Shown: one piece after another, positions 40,675 to 52,784 of the stretch
Layout of the letters: each line of letters begins with the position of its first letter
Position numbering within the stretch: position 1 is the stretch's first letter
From: Tubiluchus corallicola
Lineage: Eukaryota; Animalia; Priapulida
Length of the DNA stretch: 64,000 nucleotides
Reading direction: 5' to 3'
NCBI GenBank assembly: GCA_030141605.1
Contig: JAQGDQ010000094.1
Location: 124,001-188,000 of the forward strand
Position numbers and translations under genes: made by a program
Notes under the pieces: model-generated
Seen by the model: only the letters and a program-made list of their open reading frames with translations
Databases searched by the model: none
What the model was told of the DNA's origin: nothing

Positions 40675-43600
40675 AGAACGAGGACGAAAATGTAAATATT
40701 TATGAATTATCAAGTACAGATTTGATTACACAACCGATGAGGCGTTTGGACATAAAAAGGATAAACATTAAAAAGTGAAATTGATAAGTATAAAGAAACT
40801 TAAACTGATGACTTAAATGATTTCATAACCGTCGTTCGTAAACAATCGATCTAATTTCATAGAAAAATGCTAATAATGCTCTGATAAAGCAGGAAGGAAG
40901 CTAGGATCTTTGTTTTCAGAAAGCACGTGACCGGAAATTAAGTTCATTTGAAGAACAGAAACAGAGAAACGGAAGTGAGAGACGTCATCACTTGAACACG
41001 TGCATATAGTTTATTTCCAATACTTATGACCCGACGAGACAGACACACAGTGGGATGTGCGTATATTGAGTTCCACCACCGATGAGGTCATGTTGATTTG
41101 GTAATTTAGTCGGCTGCAGGATCGTTCTGATTAGAAAGAGTCTGGAATAGTTGTCTGAGACCCACTTCACTTGCAGCTCTACACCACGTCGACACAGTTC
41201 AGCTAATTGACAAGATGTTACAATCCAGATATAAAATTAATGTTGTTCTAATCTGCACAACAACTGCAAGTCAAGAAGACACTGTCAGCTTTTGTTAGCT
41301 ATCCTGAATAATGCAATTTCATAGTCCTGCACTTATTATTAGTGTATAATGTAAATGTATAAAGCAACTGCCTGCATATAGTAATTTAAAAATTAGTTTT
41401 TTTACGCAAAATAATGATATATAAAACAGGAAGGAAATTATGATTATTTAACTTCATCCTCTTCTTTTCACGAGTGATTTTTCATTGTAATTTTACTGTG
41501 CTGTATGTATGTATGTATGTATGCATGTATGTAGAATGTATTTTTATAAGAATTTGCACAAATTTTATGTAATACCAAGATATATAATTTTTCAGCTCAT
41601 TCAATAATTAAGTTTACTTACTTAATAACACGGACTTAACAAATTGGTACTGCAGTAATTAAAATGATGGTTGTTTTATTAAAAGTGAAGATGTGGAGTA
41701 TATGCACTCCGCATAGAATTTATTTCAAATTCTTAATAATGTACAAAATGAGACAGTTTAGCTGCAAACACACTAGGTAGCATAAGAAAGGTTAACTGAA
41801 ATGCAGCTTAACATTTTCAAGCAGAATTTTTTTCATATAGAAAGATTTTACTTGTGCCTAGTTCATATAATTTAGCACATAACTTAGCATATAATTTATG
41901 CTAAGAGATAGATATAACTACCATAAACTATACAATACCGTTTGCAGTTCACAATTCGCAGTAAAAGAATAAGCTGATTCAGCCGTTTAAGTTTACCTGC
42001 AAAATTTGCTCTCGCCAATACGTTAATATGCTTCATACCTTTGCAGGTGTGTTTGATTTAGCATTAACCCAAAAACTCAGGTAAACTTTAAGGATAAAGT
42101 CACTGAGCTCTTCAGGTCTCTGAAATCTTGTACAAAAACAACAATACTTAAGACATCTGTGTTGGTAACATTTCATGAAAAGCTTGTATTATATGTCACA
42201 AAAATCAACCTAAAGTGAAATCAGTATTTACGTTATCTTATCTTGTCTAATCAGTTATATGACATGAATTTTGGTCGGTATTTAGTGTAAGAAATGGGCA
42301 AGTGTAAAGCAAAGGCGAATTTCACAAAAAAAACAATAGAATGTAAACCAGATCAGGATAGTACCTTCTGAATGCATTATAAATTATTATAAGCATCACT
42401 AGGTCTCTTAATTTAAGAAAATAAAACTGCAAATTTTTAATGTAAAATTTTAGAAAAAAAATGTGTTAATATAAATATTTGCATGCATAAAACAGAGTGA
42501 TTATTAAAGATGATAAAACGTTGAAAAGACATAAAGCTTTTTAATTTTTTTTAATAAACCGTTTTCATTAGTAGTTTCGTCCAGGAAAACTTTTACAGCA
42601 AGTTCATGTTTTAGTTGATCTATTTTCTTGCCTAATCGATTATTCGAGGGTGTGCACAGCTCAACCATAGGTCACAATAGTTTAATTCATAAACATGGTT
42701 ATAAAATCCAATAATCATGATTCATTGTTGTTACATTAATTCATGGCACATTAGTGTTAATGCCCCGCACGAGTTTCCAAGCTAGACAGGTGACAGTCAA
42801 TCAGTGAACAAAAGCTAGGCTCTGATGTGAACGCTTATGTCGTCCGGTTCTCACAGACTTGCCAGAGTAACCCGACATCTGTCGAGTTTAAATACACTAA
42901 AAACAATTCATGCACACACCTGTTCAAAAACTAACGACAATGAGATGCCTTGTTTAAGCGCAGGCAGTACAACAATTTAATTCGCCATAGAACTAAAATT
43001 AACTCATAATTACAAATCACTAGTTTTGAATCGGTTTTTTCAAGCGATTATAGCCGATGATAATTTCAGAACAATGATGTTCTTATCCGTACAACATATC
43101 ATGTTCATATACTTTCGTATCATGTTTTTATACTGCTCAGAGTTCTGCCAATTGCTCCAATTTCTGTTTTCGATCGGAAAATCAGAAATGATTATGAGAT
43201 TCGCGCTGTCATGTGTGTCACTTATCTCTGATCACCACTACTGTTCAAAAATTGCACCTATAAACATTTACTGCATAGCTGTAGATACTAAAGTACAGCA
43301 GTACATGTAGTTCTTCTGAGCAACTAGTAAATGTAAATCACTTTTTTAACTTTTCTGCGTCAGTCTTTACCCAGAACGCCTGACGTCTTATTTCATGTGG
43401 TGTCAAAAGTTTATACCTCACTGATAATGATCACAATAACAGGTTAAGTTTGGGGTTAGTGTAAATGAAAATTAAAAGTCTAAAATTCGAAAGTAAGTAC
43501 TGTACTTTGCATTGTCTTTCGTTACTGTTTCGTCAGAAAGTGTAGTTCCAACAACGGCTACTTCGTCGCTGTTATCGCATTAGTAGCCTTTAATTAACAA

Positions 43601-44101
43601 TTTCGAATGCGCGGTCTCACGAGAACATGCATTATACAAGCAATGTTTTCATTCTCGATTTGTGCCTGACGCTGTACCGGCACAAGTCGAAATTTGGAAA
43701 ATAAAACCCGACACGTGCCGTGTGTGCGACCGGATCCGCTAGGCTAAGCAATGACGTCATCAGTTATTGTTAGGCAGTTTATAAATAACGTCAAACATTA
43801 ACTATTGTTGGTAATGGGAAGTACACTAGGTCATTCTCAAGTACACTCTTCATTTTTCAACTACAGAGCCTCTGTTCGCTGTATGTTTAATTTTTAAGCT
43901 TTTTGGTTACTCATTTGATGGCAGTGCGTCTGTGTGCCTTGTGACTTAAACAAATAATAATAAAACTAAAAGTGCTGTAAAAAAAAATCCCGAGCAAAAT
44001 ACGTCAGCATTATTCTACTTTAGCAGTAAGAGAAATTGTTGACCAATTGAGCATCCACAGGGAAATGTTCATTATAATCTGAGACCACAGGTTAAACTCA
44101 C

Positions 44102-44175
44102 TAAAGATAGAGTGTGCCTAGTGCTATATATATATAACCATCCACCGCTATAGCACTAGGCACACTCTATCTTTA
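44102..44175. repeat. Perfect 27-bp inverted repeat with a 20-nt loop, followed by (TA)n to 44247
   Basis: TAAAGATAGAGTGTGCCTAGTGCTATA (44102-44128) is the exact reverse complement of 44149-44175. Confidence 0.95.
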
Positions 44176-44212
44176 TATATATATTCATATATATATAGAG
44201 ATATATATATAT

Positions 44213-44247
<35 letters not shown>

Positions 44248-44248
<1 letters not shown>

Positions 44249-44410
44249 CCTTTTTTCTCAGCAGTTTTCTCATGTTCTGATGATCTTTTTTAAGAATATC
44301 AAGGGCGTCCCTGTGTCAGCCTTGAGCATTTTGAGATTTGGGGCAGAAAGAGTTACAATGGAAATAGCATGTGCAGTGACATACCAAAACTATTATGCTT
44401 AGGCAAATGA
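44248..44410 (-). repeat. Interspersed repeat, inverted copy of 52785-52935
   Basis: Reverse complement CCTTGATATTCTTAAAAAAGATCATCAGAACATGAGAAAA matches CCTTAATATTCTTAAAGAGGACCATCAGAACATGAGAAAA at about 52883. Confidence 0.75.
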
Positions 44411-46083
44411 AACTGACACTGACATAGAATTAAACTGGTAGCTAATTTTTGACATGGAGAATTCAAAAACTGAACTAGAATACATTATATGGGTACAGTA
44501 ATTATTAGATTTTGTAATAACTTAATGTATGTTCCTGTATCAAGTTGAAACATGCTGTTATGTAAATTTATAACTGGCGCAGTTTAGAAAATAGCTAGAA
44601 ATTTAGACATTATTCCTTGGGGTGTGGGGAAACCACAATAATTACAACTACACAATTTTAGCTAATCTGCTTACTTAGCTAGGTGTCTATGACATACCCT
44701 ATGGATCTTTACTTGACAACATAGCAAGCAAAAGTCGCATCATAGTATTATGAGTAGGTTATTTAATAAACTTGTATTCATTATGATGATGCTTGTATGA
44801 CTGAAAGGGAAAGAGAATGAAATTAACACTGAACCGTTATGTTTATTGTGAAGAAGATTCTTACAAAAAGAACGTTTTAGCTATGAGTTACGATGACAGG
44901 TAGACCTGTACTTCGAGGCACATAAAAGATAGAAGCCAAAGTAAGAATAATCCCAGATATTATAGACAAGTAAGAACTATGCAAAAAACTGGGAGTTTGT
45001 ATAAATCTTCTAGCGCCACAACAACATCCTCAGAATAACTATAGTTAACGTTGTAAATGGGAAAGTTTGTACTGTTATCTTTGAGTGTAGTAAATTCGGT
45101 AATACAGGAATTGCAGTACAACAGTATTTTGAAAACAAGTGGTCGCAAGGATTTACGAGACAGTCTCAATAAATGTACATGATATTGATGAAGAATTCCC
45201 GTACAAGTGGGATTGTGCAAAATACGCAATTCTGATTTAACTTATTTAAGAGTTACAGAAATTCAACTATAACACAAACATCAGTGAAGTTCTGTCCTAT
45301 GAATTATCTCCAATTCCAACATCAATGGTTAGCTGGAAATAACTGGCCATTGGCCAGGCAGCTTTAACAGAAGAAATAAATTTGATAGCTAAAATATGCT
45401 GAAAAGATTGCACGAAGAAAAAGTTAAATGTATCATAAAACTAGCCGGTAATGAACACTATTCTTTCAGATGACACAGACTGATTATACTGTTTAGCTTT
45501 ATCACTTTTCGCATCATAATTTGTCCAAGCCAATGGTCGTGGAATTGGCAAAAAAATTTTTATGAAATTGGTGAAACGATGATGAGTCATCAAAGCATCA
45601 TTCCAGAGATGATAGGAGGCTATGCACTTACTCAGTGTAGGAACGAGAACCACATTCAGCAACTTTGCCATTCCCGAATCTGGTAATATTAAAGCAGCCT
45701 AATGGAACTCAAGCCACTAAATTCATCAGTGCATGCTGTGGATAAGCCTACTGAAAATGTACGTAGTACGGCTACCATGTCTGTAACTAGGCTAGTTGAA
45801 TGGCACAGCAAATACGTAGAACAGGTCTTACTAGGACCACTAGATGGAATTCTAACTACTGTATGATCAGAAGCTCTTATTCTGGAACGAAAGCATGCAA
45901 ATCTTGAAGTAAGTACAACATTGTGCAATGTTGTGCAGAGTAATAAGCAGCACACAATAAAATCATCACGTTCCATGCAAGTGAAAGCAAGTGAACAAAC
46001 AAATCTGTAAATCTGAAAAAGCTAAAACGAGAAGTTGGACTGTATGAACACAGTAACTTAGTTGTGGGAGTAATGATATAATC

Positions 46084-46292
46084 TGCGCCATTAATTGAAG
46101 AATGTACCAGCTTTGTCTCAAACACCAAGACGACAAGAATAAATTTAACAACTTTATTGTAACTCGCAAAGCAACGAGGTTATAACTAGAAAGATGAGCC
46201 CAACAGGGAAAACAAAGAAGTTGAAAACAAAAGGGCAACATTGCAAAAGGGATAAAGTTGATAACACTAACAACACGCATGTATACTGGCGC
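46084..46292 (-). repeat. 3' LTR of Gypsy element
   Basis: Direct repeat of the 5' LTR with short inverted termini GCGCCAGTA...TAATGGCGC(A). It is preceded by the PPT. Confidence 0.9.
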
Positions 46293-46295
46293 GGG

Positions 46296-46314
46296 TTCTC
46301 TTTTCCTTTTTCTT
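46296..46314 (-). other. Polypurine tract
   Basis: AAGAAAAAGGAAAAGAGAA ends 3 nt before the 3' LTR. Confidence 0.8.
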
Positions 46315-46664
46315 AACCGATGGCTAGAAACAAAATCAAACAACATTTAGTATACATGCAATATGACACGAAAGGTGAAACTTGTAATTGGAATTACAAT
46401 ACAAACGATATAGAATGTAAACACGTGAAAACAGTATGTGCTTATACAGTAATGCGAATATAAGTGCATTAACGATAGCTGTCACAGTATTACATATAGA
46501 AAGAGGTAATACACAGATGACCAAAGAGATACAGCAAGACTATAATAGAACTTAGCATTAAATTAATGATTTTGGGTAATATTACCAGATTATGTTACTC
46601 AAAAACGCAATACAAAATTCGTGTGTAACTTACATTATAAAGTCAAAAAGGCACACTTACGACT

Positions 46665-47420
46665 TATATTATATATATATATATATAATAATCTTTATTT
46701 GCCATTAAAAACATTGATAATCACTGATAAAAACTTTATAGAGATAATCAATCAGTGTTAGTTAATAAAAACTTACACTGCTGAAGGCAAATGCGTCAGT
46801 GCAATCTAAACTACTGTGCAGTAATGACGAATAAAATCAAACATATTTACAACTATACACAAAAAAATATAAAAAAAAAACTATGATTTAATTAATATGG
46901 CCGTGGGTATATGAATTCGGAATTAGTGTGTATGTTGTCGTACTGGTGTGATGGTATTTCATATCTGGTTAATATTAGTGATTTTAATTTTGTTTTAAAT
47001 GCTGGTAGGGACTTGATTTGTTTAACCTGTAATGGTAGAGAATTCCAAAGTAAAATTGCTTGTTTGATTACAGAGTTCGTTCCATAGTGGGTATTTGTCC
47101 TAATTTGTTTTAGATTGCTTGTTCTGGAATTAACGATAGGATTTGGAAAAAAGGTAAATCTGTTATTCTGGAATGGTTTGCTGATGTTGTTAATGTATTT
47201 AAATATAAAAAGCAGAGTAAAATATTCTTTGTGTGCTTCAATGATTGGGAATTTTAAAGTTTTTCTCAGGTTAGTTGTTGAAGCTTTGAATTTTTGTCTA
47301 CCTGCCTTGTGTTTGTATGAGTACCCAGCTATCAATCTCAACGCATAGTTTTGAAGGAGATTTAATTTCAAGTAATTTTCTCTTTTGGTTTTTTGAAGTG
47401 TACTTGATGTGTAAATGCTG
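46665..47420 (-). mobile_element. 5'-truncated non-LTR retrotransposon (CR1/L2-group LINE) nested in the Gypsy 3' UTR
   Basis: ORF 46892-47371 has LINE ORF2 C-terminal motifs LQNYALRLI...LWNSLPLQVKQIKSLPAFKTKLK. It is followed by a 3' UTR, AATAAA (46699-46694) and a (TA)n tail. Boundaries are approximate. Confidence 0.8.
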
Positions 47421-47437
47421 AAGAAAAAAGATAAAAT

Positions 47438-50400
47438 TCAGGTAACGTAGTCAGCAAGATGTTTGGGGGGGGGGGGGGCGACGACTGCGTTTTGGATGAG
47501 AGTAATCAGTGGCTGGAGGGATAGGTTGCTCGGCTGAAGTGTCGCAAGTCGGGAACAACTGCTGAGGGACAGCAAATGCCTTGTCTGTATAGCTGTCAGA
47601 TGGGGGTGAAGAAAGAGTGGTGGGTATCAATGGCTGATAGGGAATTGGAACAGCAGACACAGCCTCGGAGTCATCGTCATCACCGCAGACACTATGTTTT
47701 AACAGAGGCGGAGGATACTTGTCATGATCTGTGGGTCGGAACTAAATAACATTCAGAGTGCTTTACTTTATAAGATGAGGCACGCAATTGCAAACCAGTA
47801 AATTTTTTTATAAAGAGCCATTCCCCATCAATACCAGTGACAAGATACCTGTTGCGTGCCTGGGATTTATCGCGATCTGAGTAAAGGTAGACTAAGTCTC
47901 CTATATTGATAACGGGATGATTAGGATTTCGTCTACTGGGACATTTAGAAGATTCGCTGTGTGAGTGATTGGCCTGGCGCTGAGTGTGTTGGGATATGAT
48001 AGTATCTCTGTCAGAAATGGGTAACTGGTCATGAGAGAACTGGTCGCGCTGTGTCCATAACTCCGGGAGGACAAGTCGCCATGGCGGATGCGAGAATTTA
48101 GGCGAGAGAGAGCCATAGACAAACCTAAACGGGATACGGGTCCGCCTCCAGGTTCGTGGCGCAAAAGTTCTTCTTCCAATTCTTGGATCGCACGCTCTGC
48201 AACTGGGTTCTTTTTGGATTTTTGATACGTCCAATTTCCAGAGAAAGACCAAGTTGCAGAAGAGTGCTGTCATTGGAAAGAGCACGAAAGCCAGGAGCAG
48301 GATCCACTCTGGCTACTGCAGGAGGAGGGTGAAGACCTAAGCAAAGGCAAGCAAGAGCTTCACGAAAGGTGCCGCTTCTTTCATCTGGCACGATGCATGC
48401 ATTTGTATAAGAAGTAGATGTTTCTCGCACTACTAGGATAAGTTGGCGATGACGTTTAAGAATGTCCACAGCAAAGGACAGACCAACAGCATTAGGAGGA
48501 GAATCAGATGACTGGCTAATAAGACTTTGGGGAAACTTTTTCAGAGACGAGCACATGTGGCATGAGTCAGTAACTCGATCAATGGACTTTGACATGTCTA
48601 AAGCAAAGAAGTAGCACCTGACAATGAGCTGAAGTTGATGCTTTGTAGGGTGATTAAGCTTTATGTGAAGAGCTGTGAGAAGGCCTTCCAGAACAGAACG
48701 TGGAACCACGATGATCTCCATGGAAGGGAGCAATGGCTCATGACGGCGCACAACCAATAAGCCATCCTTAGCAATTGTAGCGGCATTGAGGTACCTTTTA
48801 ACATCTTTGATGTTAGTGCATTTCTTTGACGGACGCGTTCCTTGCCGAAGGTGGGCATGAGTGCGACGCAAATCTGGACAGCCAGACTGGATGTCCCTCC
48901 ATGCTGATCTGGTGGTAAAGGGCAATGGAGCAGTACAATTGATGATGTTCTGAACTGAGGTGGAACGGACAACAGAATCTTCGGTCTGTATGATAAATGA
49001 GCAGATCTGACAATGTGGTTCGTTGCACTCAGGGGCATTTCTACTTGCAAAATCCGAAGGAATATTGGCATTTCCTGAGAGGTGCCGGACAGTTACCCGG
49101 TAGCGGCTTATGGTGGATAAAAATGAAGTGACACGAGGACTGGCAGAAAATTCGCCTCTACAAAGCTTTTCTATAGCTTGAACACATGGTTTGCTGTCTG
49201 TTAGTACGCAGGGGTGAGAAGTCGACTGTATAATAAAGGGACTAATATGTTTGACAGCAGCAGCAATGCACAAGGCTTCTACCTCACAAGGTAACCATGT
49301 AACCTGGTGTTTGCGTAACTTGGCACTGAAGAATCCGGCGAGGACTAATTTGGAATTGCGGGTAACATACAAAGTAGCACCAATACCCCTTTAAGTGACA
49401 GATCCATCAGTTACTATCCACAGCTGATCTGAAGGTACGGGTAAAATTATGGATTTGTGCATAGATAGAGCCTTTTGGGCAGCGGTCCACTGCAGCTTGT
49501 CACGTGACTGCAGTCCAGCGATGGCATCCTCTAAAGGGGCCAATACAAGGGAACAGCCAGGTAAGACACGTCCAAGTACTTTATATGCACCAATAAATGA
49601 TCGAAGACCATGGACTGTATCTGGTGCAGGGCATGTTGATAAGGTGGCTATGCGGTGAGGGCTAGCAGCAATGTGGCCTTGTGTCCAGATCCATCCTAGT
49701 ATGGTAGTTGACTTTGGACAGATGATAGTCTTTGTTGGAGATAAGTGGATGTCAGACTTGTGAAGAGCGTCAAGAACCCGATGCCAATTGTCCAAGAGTT
49801 CTTCAGGGGTATCACCTCCACAATAGAGGTCATCTGCTAATTTAGAAACAAAGCCATCTTGGAGAGAGTCACCGAAGATCCGACACATCAATTCTTCTAG
49901 TGCCGTTTCGGAACCAGGCATGCCCATGGCACATCTGATGTACATTCTGATGCCACGGAATGGAGTAGCTACCCCACAATATTTCATAGAAGAATGTTCT
50001 AATGGAATCTGGTAGAAAGCATCAGTTAGGTCAGATACAATGATGTAACGCCAACGGGCGATAGTTTGTAGGATAGTGTTGGCATCAGGCATTAAAGATG
50101 GCTGGGGCTTGCTATATCTGATAACATCTGGAAAGGCGATGACCACGTCTGCGCTTTTTTACTAAGAATGAGGGGTTTAGGTATTCGACAGTAACATTAA
50201 CATCTTCAGGGCGACGGACTACACCCTGTGCTTCAAGCTCATCAAACTTTGCTTGCAGCTCTATGAGTGTATCTCGTGAGTATTGAGGTACTCTGCCCTT
50301 GCGCTGTGGGGGCTGTACGGGACCCATATTGACTTTGCATGCGAACTTGCCAGCAGCACCATTGTACCCACTGATATTGGGGCTAAAAATGCCATCAGAG

Positions 50401-51070
50401 TCTTGTAGTAGTTTCTTGAAGTTGGCACGAGATTGCGGCCTTAGGATGTTATCTGGGTCAACGGTGACGGCATCTGAGTAACAAACTGGTGGGTTCTGCT
50501 TGGCATTATGCATTTGAGCCTGGGGTAGGTTTTGGGAATCCTGGCTATTAGTAGTAAGTTTGGAACTAGTTACCAAATAGGTCTTGCAAATGTGTGCGTG
50601 TTTGGGTATTGTAAGTGGATCAGAAGAAATATTCGGTATGCGGATTTTTCCTGCTACAGCTTCAATTATGTCGGGTTGAGGCCAAAGTGAGGGGGTTAAG
50701 GCATAGTCGGTATGAGGCTCTATGGCTAAAGGGCTGTCAGGGTCCACAGAAGAGGGTACTGATAGCTCTAAGTACTCGCCAGGCCAAATCATAGTAGGAG
50801 TTGAGGGTGCACGCAGAACACTGCTTTTGGAGGTGTTGGCAGGGGGATTATCATATTTAGCAGTGTCTGAGCCTTTTATGCAAACTCCTTTCCGAGCGGG
50901 ACGAACTGAGATATCGTTAGCTATGAGGAAAGGAGTTCCAGCCAAGATATCAACATCCAAATTACACACTACTAAGGCTTCTAAACAGAGATTGTGAGCA
51001 TTTCGAGTAACATTTCGGGTTATGTAGATTGGATGATGTTTGTAGAAAACTTTCAAATAAGGAGATTGTT
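47438..51070 (-). pseudogene. pol: Gypsy pol: protease remnant, RT, RNase H, integrase (disrupted)
   Basis: Protease C-half DILAGTPFL; [27 protein letters not shown]; RNase H IVTDGS, EVEAL, LTDSKP, SDFASR; integrase HxxxxH/CxxC, FAVDIL, RVDPAPG, AERAIQE. It ends KHLADYVT* at 47438. In-frame TAA at 49393-49391 and several frameshifts. Confidence 0.92.
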
Positions 51071-51239
51071 TTGTGCTGACTCGATGTGCGGTAGGCACAC
51101 AACGGAGATTATGGGAAGCACACTCATCATCGTCATCGGCGTCAGGCTCTGTTGTGTCAATGTTATGACAACTATCTGCACTGTCTTGACTGTAGTCTTC
51201 CTCAAAGCTGATGGTCTGACGGGCTCTGGCGAAATATTC

Positions 51240-52132
51240 CTTATCATCCTCTGGTAGGTACTGGCATGTACTGAGAAAATGTTGAAATTTAGCACGTCCC
51301 GCTTGTTTGCATAACGGGCAAATTTTTGTTGAACGACGCGGTTGCTTTTTCCGAACCAATGGCTGTTTGCGTTTGGAATAATCTGGAAATTGTTGGAGGC
51401 TGTGCGTAACACTTTAGCATCGGCTGATGCCTTAAGCTCATCTAGTAAAGAATCTAGTGCCAATGAAATTTCTGGCTTCAGTGAGGCAAGTGTTTTTGAT
51501 CTTAGCTCTGTACCATACTTTTGCTTGAGTAAGCTGGGTAGCCCAGGATGTAAAAGTCGAAGCCAAGTCAGAATGATTAGATTCTCTAAGGTGGGTGTAA
51601 TTTTCTCGTCACTAGTTGGATTCTCACCGTGATGCTGTATACCACCTGCAGCGCGTAAGAGGTTATCCTCAATGAAACTATTTAAACGCTGGAAAAGATC
51701 TTCTGGACGTTCATCTGGCTGCATTCGAATATTATTAAAATCCAAAAAATGACCACCTGTTGTTTGGAATCCGAAATGCTGTCTAATTGTTTGCCATATA
51801 CTAGTCAATGATGTTGAGTTTTTGACAATGGAATTTCTGGAAATAATCGGACAATAGTTGGCAATCTGTCCCAGCATTAAATTTAGATGAGTGGTCTTTT
51901 GTGCGGCTGTTCGGCGGTTTGCAATGGGAACATTTTCACCATCATCTTGCAGACCTCGTAAAGGTGCTGCATTTGTTTTTTTATGCCAGGTCGCACCTTC
52001 AACTAAAAAATCTGCAAAATTCTGATCTAGCGATAGAGTGTATTGCAAATTTTGGCGCCATGCTTCAAATGTAATAGTAATAGTCTCTTGCTTTGTCAGA
52101 CACCACTGTTTTGGAGCACGAGTAGTGGCCAT
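51240..52132 (-). pseudogene. gag: Gypsy gag (frameshifted before the zinc knuckle)
   Basis: [19 protein letters not shown]... A C-X2-C-X9-H-X4-C knuckle ([19 protein letters not shown]) appears in the next frame after about 51360. Confidence 0.8.
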
Positions 52133-52345
52133 ATTCTAACACAAATTGAGGGTGTTTATTAATCAGTCACGTGGGTAATTGCTAGTACTAGTTCTTTCGA
52201 AAATTACGCTGATAAATTTGAATTCTTACGTCTTTACAGCTATGGAATAAGCTGACTGGTTTTGGTTAGATTTAGACGGATGCATGCACACTCTCGACAA
52301 ACCATTTATAAGGTCCACTGGCTTTTCTGAGTACGTAGTTCGTAG

Positions 52346-52363
52346 TCACACCGGCAGCCACCA
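52346..52363 (-). other. Primer binding site (tRNA-Leu-like)
   Basis: TGGTGGCTGCCGGTGTGA lies immediately after the 5' LTR. It begins TGG and resembles the complement of a tRNA-Leu 3' end with mismatches; the tRNA identity is tentative. Confidence 0.7.
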
Positions 52364-52554
52364 CGCGATTAATTGAAGAATGTACCAGCTTTGTCTCAAA
52401 CACCAAGACGACAAGAATAAATTTAACAACTTTATTGTAACTCGCAAAGCAACGAGATTATAACTAGAAAGATGAGCGCAACAGGGAAAACAAAGAAGTT
52501 GAAAACAAAAGGGATAAAGTTGATAACACTAACAACACGCATGTATACTGGCGC
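52364..52554 (-). repeat. 5' LTR of Gypsy element
   Basis: 52368-52554 matches 46090-46292 with 2 substitutions and one 16-bp indel. It contains a minus-strand AATAAA and abuts the PBS. Confidence 0.9.
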
Positions 52555-52784
52555 TGGATATTGAAATTATTACCTAGTAACTTGAATAAGTGATGAAATC
52601 TTAAGGTTAGTTAATTAAGAAAGGACTAACACGTGAACAACTGAAGGAGAAAACGACAACGTCCTAATTGGATTATTTTGGCGTGACTCTCCAGCACAGT
52701 TTTCCATGGAGTACATAAAACTAAATCACTTTTAATTCGTTTTAATGTTCTTTAACTTAAAAAATTAAATTTAGTTTACTTAGT

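Larger units (their letters stand above)
46084..52555 (-). mobile_element. Ty3/Gypsy LTR retrotransposon, full-length but decayed (about 6.5 kb)
   Basis: Two direct LTRs, a PBS and a PPT are present. Domain order on the minus strand is gag-protease-RT-RNaseH-integrase. It carries multiple frameshifts and an in-frame stop. No TSD was found. Confidence 0.93.

Noticed and set aside
44960-46524. Cluster of short minus-strand ORFs next to the Gypsy 3' LTR
   Set aside because: No env-like, transposase or other motifs recognised; some simply overlap the LTR.
49449-51632. Plus-strand ORFs overlapping the Gypsy gag-pol
   Set aside because: They are antisense shadows of the coding strand with no independent signal.
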